Positions 46,526 through 54,689 of a stretch of DNA of 64,000 nt are shown piece by piece. Both the position numbers and the translations under genes were made by a program. How positions within the stretch are numbered: position 1 is the stretch's first letter; the number at the start of each line of letters is the position of its first letter. The stretch spans positions 32,001 to 96,000 of the forward strand of contig JBIJDH010000013.1 of NCBI GenBank assembly GCA_044344255.1. The letters run 5' to 3'. This stretch comes from Myxococcota bacterium. GTDB lineage: Bacteria; Myxococcota_A; UBA796; UBA2385. Below the pieces are notes generated by a model, which saw nothing but the letters and a program-made list of their open reading frames with translations, was not told where the DNA came from and did not search any database.

Positions 46526-47479
46526 ATGCCTCATCGCGCGCTCTACGCACCGACGACAAACCCGCTGCTGCTGCACCTTCGAGCCCTCGCCGACAACGAG
46601 CGCTTCAGCCAGTTCGTGACCGCGGTGATCGTGCTCGCCGGCATCGTCGTGGGCGTCGAGACCTACCCCTCGATGATCGAGCGGCACGGCCACGTGCTGC
46701 ACTTCCTCAACACCGCGATCGTCTGGATCTTCGTCGCCGAGTGTCTGATCAAGATCGCGGCGAATTCTCCGCGTCCATGGAATTACTTCCGGGATCCCTG
46801 GAACATCTTCGACTTCATCATCGTCGTCGTCGCGCTGCTGCCCTTTGACTCCGAGGCCGTGGCCCTCCTGCGGCTGCTGCGCCTGCTGCGCGTCCTCCGC
46901 CTCGTCCGCGCCCTGCCGGGGCTCCAGGTGCTGGTCGGCGCCCTCCTCAAGTCGATCCCATCCATGGGCTACGTCGCCGTCCTGCTGGGGATGCTCTTCT
47001 ACGTCTACGCTGTCGCCGCCGTGCTCTTCTTCGGCCAGAACGACCCCCGACACTTCGAGGACATCCCCGTCGCCATGCTCACGCTCTTCGGCTGCGTGAC
47101 CGGTGAGGCCTGGGTCGACGTGATGTACACGAACATGTACGGCTGCGCGAACTACGGCTACGACGGCATGGAGGCCCTCTGCACGGCGAGCAAGTCCGAA
47201 CCTCTGCTGGCGGCGATCTTCTTCTGCTCCTTCATGATGGTCGGCGCGATGGTGATGCTGAACCTGTTCATCGGCGTCATCACCAACGGCATGGAAGAGA
47301 CCCGCGCCGAGAACGCCGAGCTCGAGCGGGAGGCACGAGGCGAGACCCCGGCCACCCTCGCCGATGATCTGGCCCTGGTCCAGCAGCAGCTCGTGGCCAC
47401 CCAGGAGGCGCTCGTCGCCGTGCTCCGGCGAGCGAAAGAGGCCGACGGGGCCACCGAAGCGCCGAAGACCGACGTCTGA
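46526..47479 (+). CDS. Single-domain 6-TM voltage-gated Na+/Ca2+ channel (BacNav/AnclNav-like ion transporter)
   Basis: YFRDPWNIFDF, S4 RLLRLLRVLRLVR, pore FED...MLTLFGCVTGEAWVDVMY, S6 LNLFIGVI, C-terminal coiled coil; GGAG RBS. Confidence 0.93.
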   Translation: MPHRALYAPTTNPLLLHLRALADNERFSQFVTAVIVLAGIVVGVETYPSMIERHGHVLHFLNTAIVWIFVAECLIKIAANSPRPWNYFRDPWNIFDFIIVVVALLPFDSEAVALLRLLRLLRVLRLVRALPGLQVLVGALLKSIPSMGYVAVLLGMLFYVYAVAAVLFFGQNDPRHFEDIPVAMLTLFGCVTGEAWVDVMYTNMYGCANYGYDGMEALCTASKSEPLLAAIFFCSFMMVGAMVMLNLFIGVITNGMEETRAENAELEREARGETPATLADDLALVQQQLVATQEALVAVLRRAKEADGATEAPKTDV

Positions 47480-47511
47480 AGGCCTCGAGGCGCTTCGAGG
47501 CCCACCGACAA

Positions 47512-47548
47512 CCGGTCGCCGCTCACCCGGCGACCGGGTTCTTTCTCT
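47512..47548 (+). terminator. Probable intrinsic terminator after the channel gene
   Basis: 10-bp stem ccggtcgccg/cggcgaccgg, 6-nt loop, followed by gttctttctct. Confidence 0.6.
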
Positions 47549-47630
47549 GGTACAACCCTGCCGACAGATTTGAGCGCGCGCAGCTCCCCTTGAGGTCGCC
47601 GCTCCCGACCCGTCGAATCACGGAGGTCGA

Positions 47631-48833
47631 ATGAACACCGCAGTAAAGGTTGGGATTGGCATGCTCGCCCTGGGGGGCGGCGCGCTCGCCTGTGGAGGCG
47701 TCCTCGGCCTCGGGGGCTGGTACTACCTCCGGGTCGCCAACGCCGAGCTCACCGAGCTCTCCGAGTTTGTGGAGCCTGCTGACCTCGGCGCCGCCGAAGG
47801 AGCCACGGCCGACGCAGCCGACGCAGGCGGCGCGACCCCGAACGCTGACCCCGCGCCTTCCGCCGATCCCGCGCCCTCAGCCGAGCCCGTCGTCGCCGAG
47901 GGGGCCACGGCTACGGCGACGACCACGGCGACAACCACGACCACGACCTCGACGGTCGGAGGCGCGCCCGCCAAGGCCGAGGTGGTCGCCAGCGCGACGC
48001 CCGACCAGGACAAGAAGGCACGCCCAGCCGGCGTCCCCGCGCCGTCCGCGCCGGACATGGGTGCCACGGCCGGCGCCACGACGGGCACGGACGCAGGCGC
48101 TGGCTCGGGCCCACCCTCCGCCGCCCCGGCGGCAGCGGGCACACCCGCCCCGACCGAGGCCGCCGCGGCCGACGGCGCCCCGCCGGCCGAAGGAGCCGCC
48201 GGAGGAGATCCCACGGCGGCCCCGGGCGGCGCCGACACCGGCGAGGCCGCGACGGCCGCCGCTGAGCCCGCGGCCGAGGAGGCCACCGCCGAAGAGGAGG
48301 AGCCCGAGCCTGAGGAGTCCCCCTGGACGTGGGGCGTGATGACCTCGATGATCGCGCTCTTGGTCGGCGGTGTCTCCGCCGTGCTGGGCATATGGGTTGA
48401 TCGCGATCCGAAGCGCCCCGTCTTCTTCGCCTCCGCGATGTCCGTGCTGATCACCGCCGCCATCTCGGTGGGCATCGTGCAGACCTACATGGACTCCCTC
48501 GACGCCATCGCCAAGCGCGGCGACCTCAAGCGCATGATGGAGATGGTCAACGAGATCGCGAGGAACTCCGGCGATCCGGAGCTGATGAAGCTCATCACCG
48601 ATGAAGGCGGCACCGCGCCCGAGGCGGATCCGCAGCCAGAGCCGGAGCCCGAGCCCGCAGAAGAGGCCGCCGAAGGGGCTGAAGGCGCTGAAGGGGAGGG
48701 GACCGCGGCCCCCGAAGGGGAGGCTGCCCCCAGCGGAGAGGCTGCCCCCGCCGGGGAGGCTGCCCCCGCCGGCACGACGCCCGCTTCCCCCACGCCCACG
48801 GCCACCACCCCCGCTTCCCCCACCCCCCGCTAA
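47631..48833 (+). CDS. Hypothetical membrane protein: N-terminal anchor, Ala/Thr/Pro-rich stalk, 2-TM core domain, acidic tail
   Basis: GGAGG RBS; hydrophobic segments; core GIWVDRDPKRP...LKRMMEMVNEIARNSGDPEL. Confidence 0.8.
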   Translation: MNTAVKVGIGMLALGGGALACGGVLGLGGWYYLRVANAELTELSEFVEPADLGAAEGATADAADAGGATPNADPAPSADPAPSAEPVVAEGATATATTTATTTTTTSTVGGAPAKAEVVASATPDQDKKARPAGVPAPSAPDMGATAGATTGTDAGAGSGPPSAAPAAAGTPAPTEAAAADGAPPAEGAAGGDPTAAPGGADTGEAATAAAEPAAEEATAEEEEPEPEESPWTWGVMTSMIALLVGGVSAVLGIWVDRDPKRPVFFASAMSVLITAAISVGIVQTYMDSLDAIAKRGDLKRMMEMVNEIARNSGDPELMKLITDEGGTAPEADPQPEPEPEPAEEAAEGAEGAEGEGTAAPEGEAAPSGEAAPAGEAAPAGTTPASPTPTATTPASPTPR

Positions 48834-48848
48834 GAAGGAGTCGCGATC

Positions 48849-49595
48849 ATGGATTTTGGACTTATCGTCACCTTCACGGGCATCGCGGTGGCCGGCCTCG
48901 CCGGTGTGCTCGGCGTGTGGATGGAGCGTGATCAGGAGGCCCCCACGCGGTGGGCCTGGGTCTTCTCCTTCTTCGTCATCGTGTCGATGGGCATCGAGAT
49001 GGCCCACTCCACCGTGCAAGCCGCGGAGGATGGGGTCACCGAGGAGGCCCTGGCCCGCGTGCTCGAGCGCCTGACGGAGATCTCCGAGAAGAGCGACAAC
49101 CCGGCGCTGCAGAGCTTCGTGTCCTCCGAGCTGGCCGCCCAGGCCCGCAGCAACCCCGAGGTCGTGAAGAAGGTCGAGAAGAAGGTCGCCGCCAAGGGCG
49201 GTGATCCGAAGGCCATCCGCAAGAAGGCCGTGGCCGGCCGTCGCACCTCGGCCGGCTTGCCCGCCAAGAAGGGCGGCAAGATGGGCCAGGCCGGCAAGGG
49301 CGGGAAGGCCGGCAAGGCGGGCAAAGGTGGAAAAGCCGGGAAGAGCGGCAAGAGTGGGAAGGCTGGTAAGGCCGGGAAGGCCAGCGACGCCGACGCCAAG
49401 AGCAAGGGCGGCGAGAAGGGCGGCAAGGGTGGGAAGGGCGGCGGCTCGAACGCCAAGGGCGGCGGCGGAGACAAGGGCAGCGGCGGAGACAAGGGCTCCA
49501 GCGGCGGCTCCAAGGGCGGCAAGGGCAGCGGCAGCGGCAGCGGTGACAAGAAGAAGGAAGAGAAGGGCGGCAAGGGCAGCAAGTCGGGCAAGTGA
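48849..49595 (+). CDS. Hypothetical 2-TM membrane protein with a Gly/Lys-rich basic tail; paralog of the upstream gene's core
   Basis: AAGGAG RBS; core GVWMERDQEAP...LARVLERLTEISEKSDNPAL; (GKA/GKG)n tail. Confidence 0.82.
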   Translation: MDFGLIVTFTGIAVAGLAGVLGVWMERDQEAPTRWAWVFSFFVIVSMGIEMAHSTVQAAEDGVTEEALARVLERLTEISEKSDNPALQSFVSSELAAQARSNPEVVKKVEKKVAAKGGDPKAIRKKAVAGRRTSAGLPAKKGGKMGQAGKGGKAGKAGKGGKAGKSGKSGKAGKAGKASDADAKSKGGEKGGKGGKGGGSNAKGGGGDKGSGGDKGSSGGSKGGKGSGSGSGDKKKEEKGGKGSKSGK

Positions 49596-49651
49596 CCGAC
49601 ACCGCCGGGATCTGAGGCTCCGCCCAGCGCGGAGCACCGATCCCAACCAGG

Positions 49652-49676
49652 CCGCCGCGTCCGACCGACGCGGCGG
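49652..49676. terminator. GC hairpin between convergent genes
   Basis: ccgccgcgtc-cgacc-gacgcggcgg; no clear U tract. Confidence 0.4.
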
Positions 49677-49691
49677 TCTCGCCTACCCACA

Positions 49692-49719
49692 ACTTGACAT
49701 AATATCACTTATCAGAAGT
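49692..49719 (-). other. Chromosomal dif site (XerC/XerD recombination site)
   Basis: Minus strand ACTTCTGATAA-GTGATA-TTATGTCAAGT has the 11-6-11 layout with ATAA/TTAT inner motifs and a XerD-arm-like TTATGTCAAGT; AT-rich patch, intergenic, at the gene-strand switch. Confidence 0.88.
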
Positions 49720-49755
49720 TCAGCGATGGAGATGAGGGGACCCTCCGGCCCGCCC

Positions 49756-51288
49756 TCACACTGCCCCGTAGACCCCAGAGCGTCGTGCGTCACCCGCCCC
49801 GCTGAAGCCGTTCGGCCCGAAGCCCGCCACGTGGAGGCCGCCGAAGAACATGTTGGCCCCGTCGAAGCGCTTGAAGTTCGGGTACGTGAGGCCCAGCGCG
49901 CCCAAGGCGCCCGGCGGCCGCCCGTCGGACTCGACGTGGAGCACCCCCCGCTCCATGTGCGAGCGCGGCGCCGAGACGGCCTCGCCGGGATCGAGGTTGT
50001 GGTCGATGAGGTAGACAATGCCGTGCAAGACGGCCGAGCGGATCCGCGACGAGCCGCTCGCCCCGAGGACGTAGATCTGGTCGCCCATCTGCACGATGGT
50101 CGGGCAGCACATCGTCATCAGGCGGTCGCCGGGCAGCGTGCGCACGGAGGGCGGGTTCACGTCCTCTTCGCCGAGGAAGTTGTTCAGCAGCACGCCGGTG
50201 TCGGGCACGACGACGCCGGAGGTCTCGCCCAAAGAGTGTGTGATCGAGACCGCGTTGCCGCTCTCGTCGACCACCGAGATGTGGGTGGTGTGCCCTGGCT
50301 TCTTGGCGCCGTGGGCCCGGTCTTCTCCCATCTCTTCCGGCGCGATGGCCGTGAGGAAGCCGTCGATGAAGCTCGGGTTGAAGAGGTTCGGGATGAGGCC
50401 GTTGCGGCGCGAGGCGTCGATGCGGTCCATGGCGTGGGCCAGGAAGTGCACCTGGGAGGCACCCAGCGGCGGCGGCATCGGCCCGTGGTCTTCGAGGGCG
50501 CGAAGCGCCTGGAGGAGCAAGATGCCGGCCACGCTCGGCGGTGGGGCCGTCCAGATCGTGGCGTCCCGATAGCGGTACTTCAGCGGCTTGATGAAGCGCG
50601 GCCGATAGCCGCCGAGGTCGTCCGCGGTCATCCGCGAGCCGCCCTTGAGCACCCCGAGCATCGCCTGCCCGACCGAGCCGGTGCTGAACAGCCCCGGGCC
50701 CTCGAGGGCATATCGCTGCAAGGTCTCCGCCATCTCGGGCGCGTAGAAGCGCTCCCCCGTGACGAGCGGACGCCCCTTGGGGCCGAAGGTGCGGGCCGAC
50801 CATGGGTTTCGCTGCTGGACCGGCCAGAGCAGGCCGCCCACCCGCTCCATTGCCAGCGAGATCTCCACCCCGTCCCGGGCCGCGCGGACCGCAGGCTGCA
50901 CGAGCTTGGTGAGCGCCACCTTGCCGTAACGCTGGTGCAAGGCGAAGAGCCCGGCGGGCATACCCGGCACCGCGACCGCGCCGGGGCCGATCAGGAAGGC
51001 CTGGGTGGCCGGCCCGAAGTCGATGACGATCTCGTGCATCGAGGCGGGCTCTTGCTGCGGTGCGGAGCGCCCGGGCATGTCGGAGAACAGGTCGCACAGC
51101 TCCACCGCGCCGTTCATCCGCACCATCGCCAGGCCAGCGCCCCCCATGCCCGTGAGCAAGGGCTCGGCCACGGTCGCGGCGAGCGAGGCGGCGACGGCAG
51201 CGTCGACCGCGTTTCCGCCTGCACGGAGCGCGAAGAGGCCAGCGTCTACGGTGTACGGGCTGCCCGCAGCGACGGCGCCGCGGCTCAT
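49756..51288 (-). CDS. Gamma-glutamyltransferase family protein (cytoplasmic, divergent)
   Basis: GGNAVDAAVA, VAVPG, HTTHISVVD..GNAVSIT, LNNFLGE; no signal peptide. Confidence 0.88.
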   Translation of the reverse strand: MSRGAVAAGSPYTVDAGLFALRAGGNAVDAAVAASLAATVAEPLLTGMGGAGLAMVRMNGAVELCDLFSDMPGRSAPQQEPASMHEIVIDFGPATQAFLIGPGAVAVPGMPAGLFALHQRYGKVALTKLVQPAVRAARDGVEISLAMERVGGLLWPVQQRNPWSARTFGPKGRPLVTGERFYAPEMAETLQRYALEGPGLFSTGSVGQAMLGVLKGGSRMTADDLGGYRPRFIKPLKYRYRDATIWTAPPPSVAGILLLQALRALEDHGPMPPPLGASQVHFLAHAMDRIDASRRNGLIPNLFNPSFIDGFLTAIAPEEMGEDRAHGAKKPGHTTHISVVDESGNAVSITHSLGETSGVVVPDTGVLLNNFLGEEDVNPPSVRTLPGDRLMTMCCPTIVQMGDQIYVLGASGSSRIRSAVLHGIVYLIDHNLDPGEAVSAPRSHMERGVLHVESDGRPPGALGALGLTYPNFKRFDGANMFFGGLHVAGFGPNGFSGAGDARRSGVYGAV

Positions 51289-52121
51289 CGGCCCGCCCCG
51301 GCGCCGAGCAGACACACATCCACGAAGCGGGCCAACAGCTCGTTCGACTCCGGGCTCGGCTTGTGACTGTCGAGCTGCCGTTGGGCGTCGTCGCCGAACA
51401 AGTAGCCGTACTGCTTCATGTAGCGCTCGAAGCGGGCCCGGTTCTCCTGCCAGGTGAGCTCAGGGTGAAACTGCGTGGCATAGATGGGCTTACCCACCAC
51501 ACGGTAGGCCTGATGGGAGACCCGCTCGCTCCGAGCGAGGTTCTGGCAGCAGTCCGGCAGCACGGTGACGCGGTCCTTGTGGCCGAGCTGGGCCATGAAG
51601 GTGCGCGGCAGGGCCCCGAAGACAGGATCCCCGGCCGCGTCGGGCAGGGTCTCGAGGGTGTAGGTGCCCACTTCGGCGTTCGGCTCGTCGTGGATAACGG
51701 TGCCGCCGAGCCCCACCACCATCGCCTGGAAGCCGAAGCAGGAGGCGAAGGTGGGGTAGCCCTGGCGGGCGACGTCGCCGAGGAAGGTGATGAAGCGCTC
51801 GATGACCGGCGCCGGATCAACCACCGAGTAGTCGCCGGAGCCACCCACGAGGAGCGCGTCGGCCCCCTCGAGGACCCGCTCGTCCAGCGTCTCGGTCAGG
51901 GCGTCCACGCAGCGGAGCTGAGCAGTGGAGACGCCGATGCGATCGGCGAAGGCCCGCAGCTCGTCCTCCCGGGCCGGATCGCCCGCATTTCGGGCCTGGA
52001 GCAGCACGAATCGGAGGCCGGCGCGCGCCTCCGCGGCTTCACGGGACGAGGCTTCGCGGGACGACGCTTCACCGAGCCCCTGTTCAACACGGGCAGAATC
52101 AACACGAGAGCGCATGGGCAC
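51285..52121 (-). CDS. Class I glutamine amidotransferase-like protein
   Basis: LVGGSG, nucleophile elbow ASCFGFQ, HKD, QFHPE triad; start uncertain. Confidence 0.88.
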   Translation of the reverse strand: MPMRSRVDSARVEQGLGEASSREASSREAAEARAGLRFVLLQARNAGDPAREDELRAFADRIGVSTAQLRCVDALTETLDERVLEGADALLVGGSGDYSVVDPAPVIERFITFLGDVARQGYPTFASCFGFQAMVVGLGGTVIHDEPNAEVGTYTLETLPDAAGDPVFGALPRTFMAQLGHKDRVTVLPDCCQNLARSERVSHQAYRVVGKPIYATQFHPELTWQENRARFERYMKQYGYLFGDDAQRQLDSHKPSPESNELLARFVDVCLLGAGAGR

Positions 52122-52191
52122 GGGTTCCCCTTCGTCCCCTCCCCTATTGTGTTCCCCTGCACTTGTGTTCCCCCGCAGCTGTGCCCACGCC

Positions 52192-52605
52192 TCAGGACCA
52201 GCGGGGGATCTTCACCGTGACCGGGCCCTCGACGCGAGCCTGGCAGGCCAGCCGAGCTCCAGCCGTGCTCCGCTCGTGGCCGAGCACCATCCGCTCGCGC
52301 CCGTCGATGGGGCTGAGGTGCTCGGCGCCGGCGACGACGTGCACCCAGCAGGTGCCGCAAGAGCAGATGCCGCCGCAGTAGTGGTTGAGGTCGACCCCGA
52401 GCGTCTGGGCCGCGCCGAGCAGCGTGCTCCCTGGAGGGACGAGCCCGCTCTGGAGGCCGACAAACTCCACCTTCGCAGGGCCCACCGGCCGCGACGGTGC
52501 CCGACTGCCGAGGCCTGCGAGCCCGCTGCGCAGCGCCTCTCGAACCGCCCCCCGCAGGCGATGCCGAAGCCCGCCGCGCGCCCCGCCCTCCGACTCGTCC
52601 GCCAT
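52192..52605 (-). CDS. 2Fe-2S ferredoxin (adrenodoxin/Isc type)
   Basis: CGGICSCGTC...RLACQ. Confidence 0.9.
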   Translation of the reverse strand: MADESEGGARGGLRHRLRGAVREALRSGLAGLGSRAPSRPVGPAKVEFVGLQSGLVPPGSTLLGAAQTLGVDLNHYCGGICSCGTCWVHVVAGAEHLSPIDGRERMVLGHERSTAGARLACQARVEGPVTVKIPRWS

Positions 52606-52843
52606 CCAACACCCCTCGCTCGGCGCTCGCGGTCGCGGACGGGGCCCCGGATCACCCGGGTCCCGATCTCGCCTCCCCAGCGGTTACCCTGGGTGGCGGG
52701 CCCTCGCTCGGGTGTCTACCCTCGCGAGTGGGTGTGTCCCGTAAGGGCCGCCCTCGCTCCGGCGTCCTCCGGGGTGCCTCCCGCTCCGCGGCTCTCCTCC
52801 CCCGGCCAGGGGTCTGTTCTCGGCTTGAGGTCCCCTCCCCTCC

Positions 52844-53977
52844 GTGCGCGCCCCTCCGCCATCCCCTCGGCCCACCTCGACGCCACCTGCTCGGCGAGCC
52901 CGCGGGGGCCTCGCAGGCGCGTGGAGCGGCGCCCTCGCCCACCTCGGCCTGTCCGTGCTCGTCCACGGGGTGGTGGGCGCTCTCTTGTGGACGATCTGGC
53001 CCGCGATCCGGCCCTCCCCTCCCCTCCCCCGCCCCGACTCGGGCGAGGCGGTGGCGGTGACGATGCTGGTCGACGAGGCCTCCAGCGCCGATCTATCCGA
53101 GCTCGATCCCCTCGAAGAGGAGCCGCCAGAGCCCGTCCCCGAGGAGGAGCCTGAGCCTGAGGTCAAGCTACCCGACGGTCAGGTCGTCGAGACACCGGCG
53201 CCGCAGGTCGAGAAGGTCCCAGAGAAGGCCGACTACCTCGCCGACCACAACAACGCCGTCCTCGAGGAGACCAAGACCGACGCCTTCCGGGTCAACCCCG
53301 AGGTGCTCTCGAACCAGTTCTCACGCGAGGACAAGCTCCAATTCGAGGACGTCGCCGACGTCAACGCCACCGAGCCCTCCACCGGCGCCCGCGTCACCGG
53401 GAGCGCCTTCGACCCCGCCAAGGACGGCCCGATGGCCGCCCTCGCCTCCCCCTTCACGCTGACCAACAAGGACGGCCTCGAGAAGCCCGTCCCCGCCTCC
53501 AGCCGCTCCCAAGACCTCGCAGGCGCGCCGCAGAACGACCTCCTCAACGAGAAGCTGGGCGGCGCCACCAACCTCAACACCCGCGAGTGGCTGGGGGCGA
53601 GCTACGTCAACCACATCAAGCGACTCGTGAACTTTTACTGGTCGCAGAACCTCGACAACCTGCCGCACGACATCCGATACGCGCGGAGCCGCTACAGCAC
53701 CGTGGTCTACGTGGTCCTCGACGACCAGGGCGCGCTCGACTCCATCGACATCATCGAGCCCAGCGGCGCCGATCCGCTCGACCAGGCCGTCATCTCCGCC
53801 TTCAAGATGGCCGGCCCCTTCCCGAACCCGCCGCGGCAGCTCGTCTCGAAGGACGGCAGGGTGTACCTCGGCGACTGGGGCTGGACGGTCGAGCTCGGCC
53901 GACCAAGGGCCCCCTACGTGGGCATCGACCCCCGCTCCGGCGTGCAGTTCCCGGGGATCCTGAAGGCGCCGCGCTGA
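52844..53977 (+). CDS. TonB C-terminal domain (TonB_2-like) energy-transducer family protein
   Basis: TM with SxxxH (SVLVHG), EP-rich linker, C-terminal IKR.V...W...SG...LDQA...AF..AGPFPNPP. Confidence 0.78.
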   Translation: MRAPPPSPRPTSTPPARRARGGLAGAWSGALAHLGLSVLVHGVVGALLWTIWPAIRPSPPLPRPDSGEAVAVTMLVDEASSADLSELDPLEEEPPEPVPEEEPEPEVKLPDGQVVETPAPQVEKVPEKADYLADHNNAVLEETKTDAFRVNPEVLSNQFSREDKLQFEDVADVNATEPSTGARVTGSAFDPAKDGPMAALASPFTLTNKDGLEKPVPASSRSQDLAGAPQNDLLNEKLGGATNLNTREWLGASYVNHIKRLVNFYWSQNLDNLPHDIRYARSRYSTVVYVVLDDQGALDSIDIIEPSGADPLDQAVISAFKMAGPFPNPPRQLVSKDGRVYLGDWGWTVELGRPRAPYVGIDPRSGVQFPGILKAPR

Positions 53978-53992
53978 GGCCGGGCGGAGGGA

Positions 53993-54604
53993 CTAGTGGT
54001 GCTTGGGGTGAGCGTCAGCCGGCGCGGTCGGGGTCGCGGCGGCAGGAGCGGCAGAGGCGGGGGTCGCCGCCCCGGTGACGTTCAGCGTGATGGTGGTGGC
54101 CAGCTCGGGCCCGTAGGAGCGGTGGGTGCCGTCGGCGAACTGCATCGTCACCGTGTGCGTGCCCGGGCTCAGCTCGAGGTCGGTCTCGGTGTCACCCTTG
54201 CCGAAGTGGATGTGCTGGGCGTCTTTCGGGACCACCTCGCCGAGCGGCACGGGGACGCCGTCGATGATCAGGTGGTGGTGGCCCGTCCCGGCGACCACCT
54301 CGCCTGCGGGCTGCACCGTGAGGCCCTCGACGTGCATGACCACATGAACGGGGCTCGACACCTCGGCCTTGTCGGCCGGCGAGGCGAAGACCACCTTGGA
54401 GCCCGTCGGCGCCGCGGTCATCGGAGCGGCGGCAGGGGTGGGCGCGGCGGCGACCGGGGCGACCGGGGCGACCGGGGCGACCGGCGCGGGGGCCGGGGCC
54501 GGCGCGGAGCCGCCACAGGCCCAGAGCGTGAGGCCGAAGAGCGCGCCGAGGGCGAGCTTCCGGGGGAGGGCGGCGACGCGGGGCAGGGTGTTCGGAGAGC
54601 GCAT
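53993..54604 (-). CDS. DUF4399 domain lipoprotein
   Basis: LWAC lipobox; VVFASPADKA.V, TGHHHLIID, IHFGKG.TE..L.LSPG.H..TMQFADG.H.SY. Confidence 0.85.
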   Translation of the reverse strand: MRSPNTLPRVAALPRKLALGALFGLTLWACGGSAPAPAPAPVAPVAPVAPVAAAPTPAAAPMTAAPTGSKVVFASPADKAEVSSPVHVVMHVEGLTVQPAGEVVAGTGHHHLIIDGVPVPLGEVVPKDAQHIHFGKGDTETDLELSPGTHTVTMQFADGTHRSYGPELATTITLNVTGAATPASAAPAAATPTAPADAHPKHH

Positions 54605-54689
54605 CGGGGACAGCCGGGACGGAGGGGCTGAAAGGGTAGCGCCCATCGCACCTCTGGGCAAGCTGCCGGGCGCAGCCGCCCGACGACCG

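Noticed and set aside
52147..52210. GTGTTCCCC(T/C)GCA repeats resembling the start of a type I-E CRISPR repeat
   Set aside because: Only two adjacent 16-bp units plus a partial third, with no spacers and no cas genes in the window; best read as a short tandem duplication
52606..52843. Possible ncRNA in the divergent intergenic region
   Set aside because: GC-rich hairpins only, with no recognisable RNA family signature
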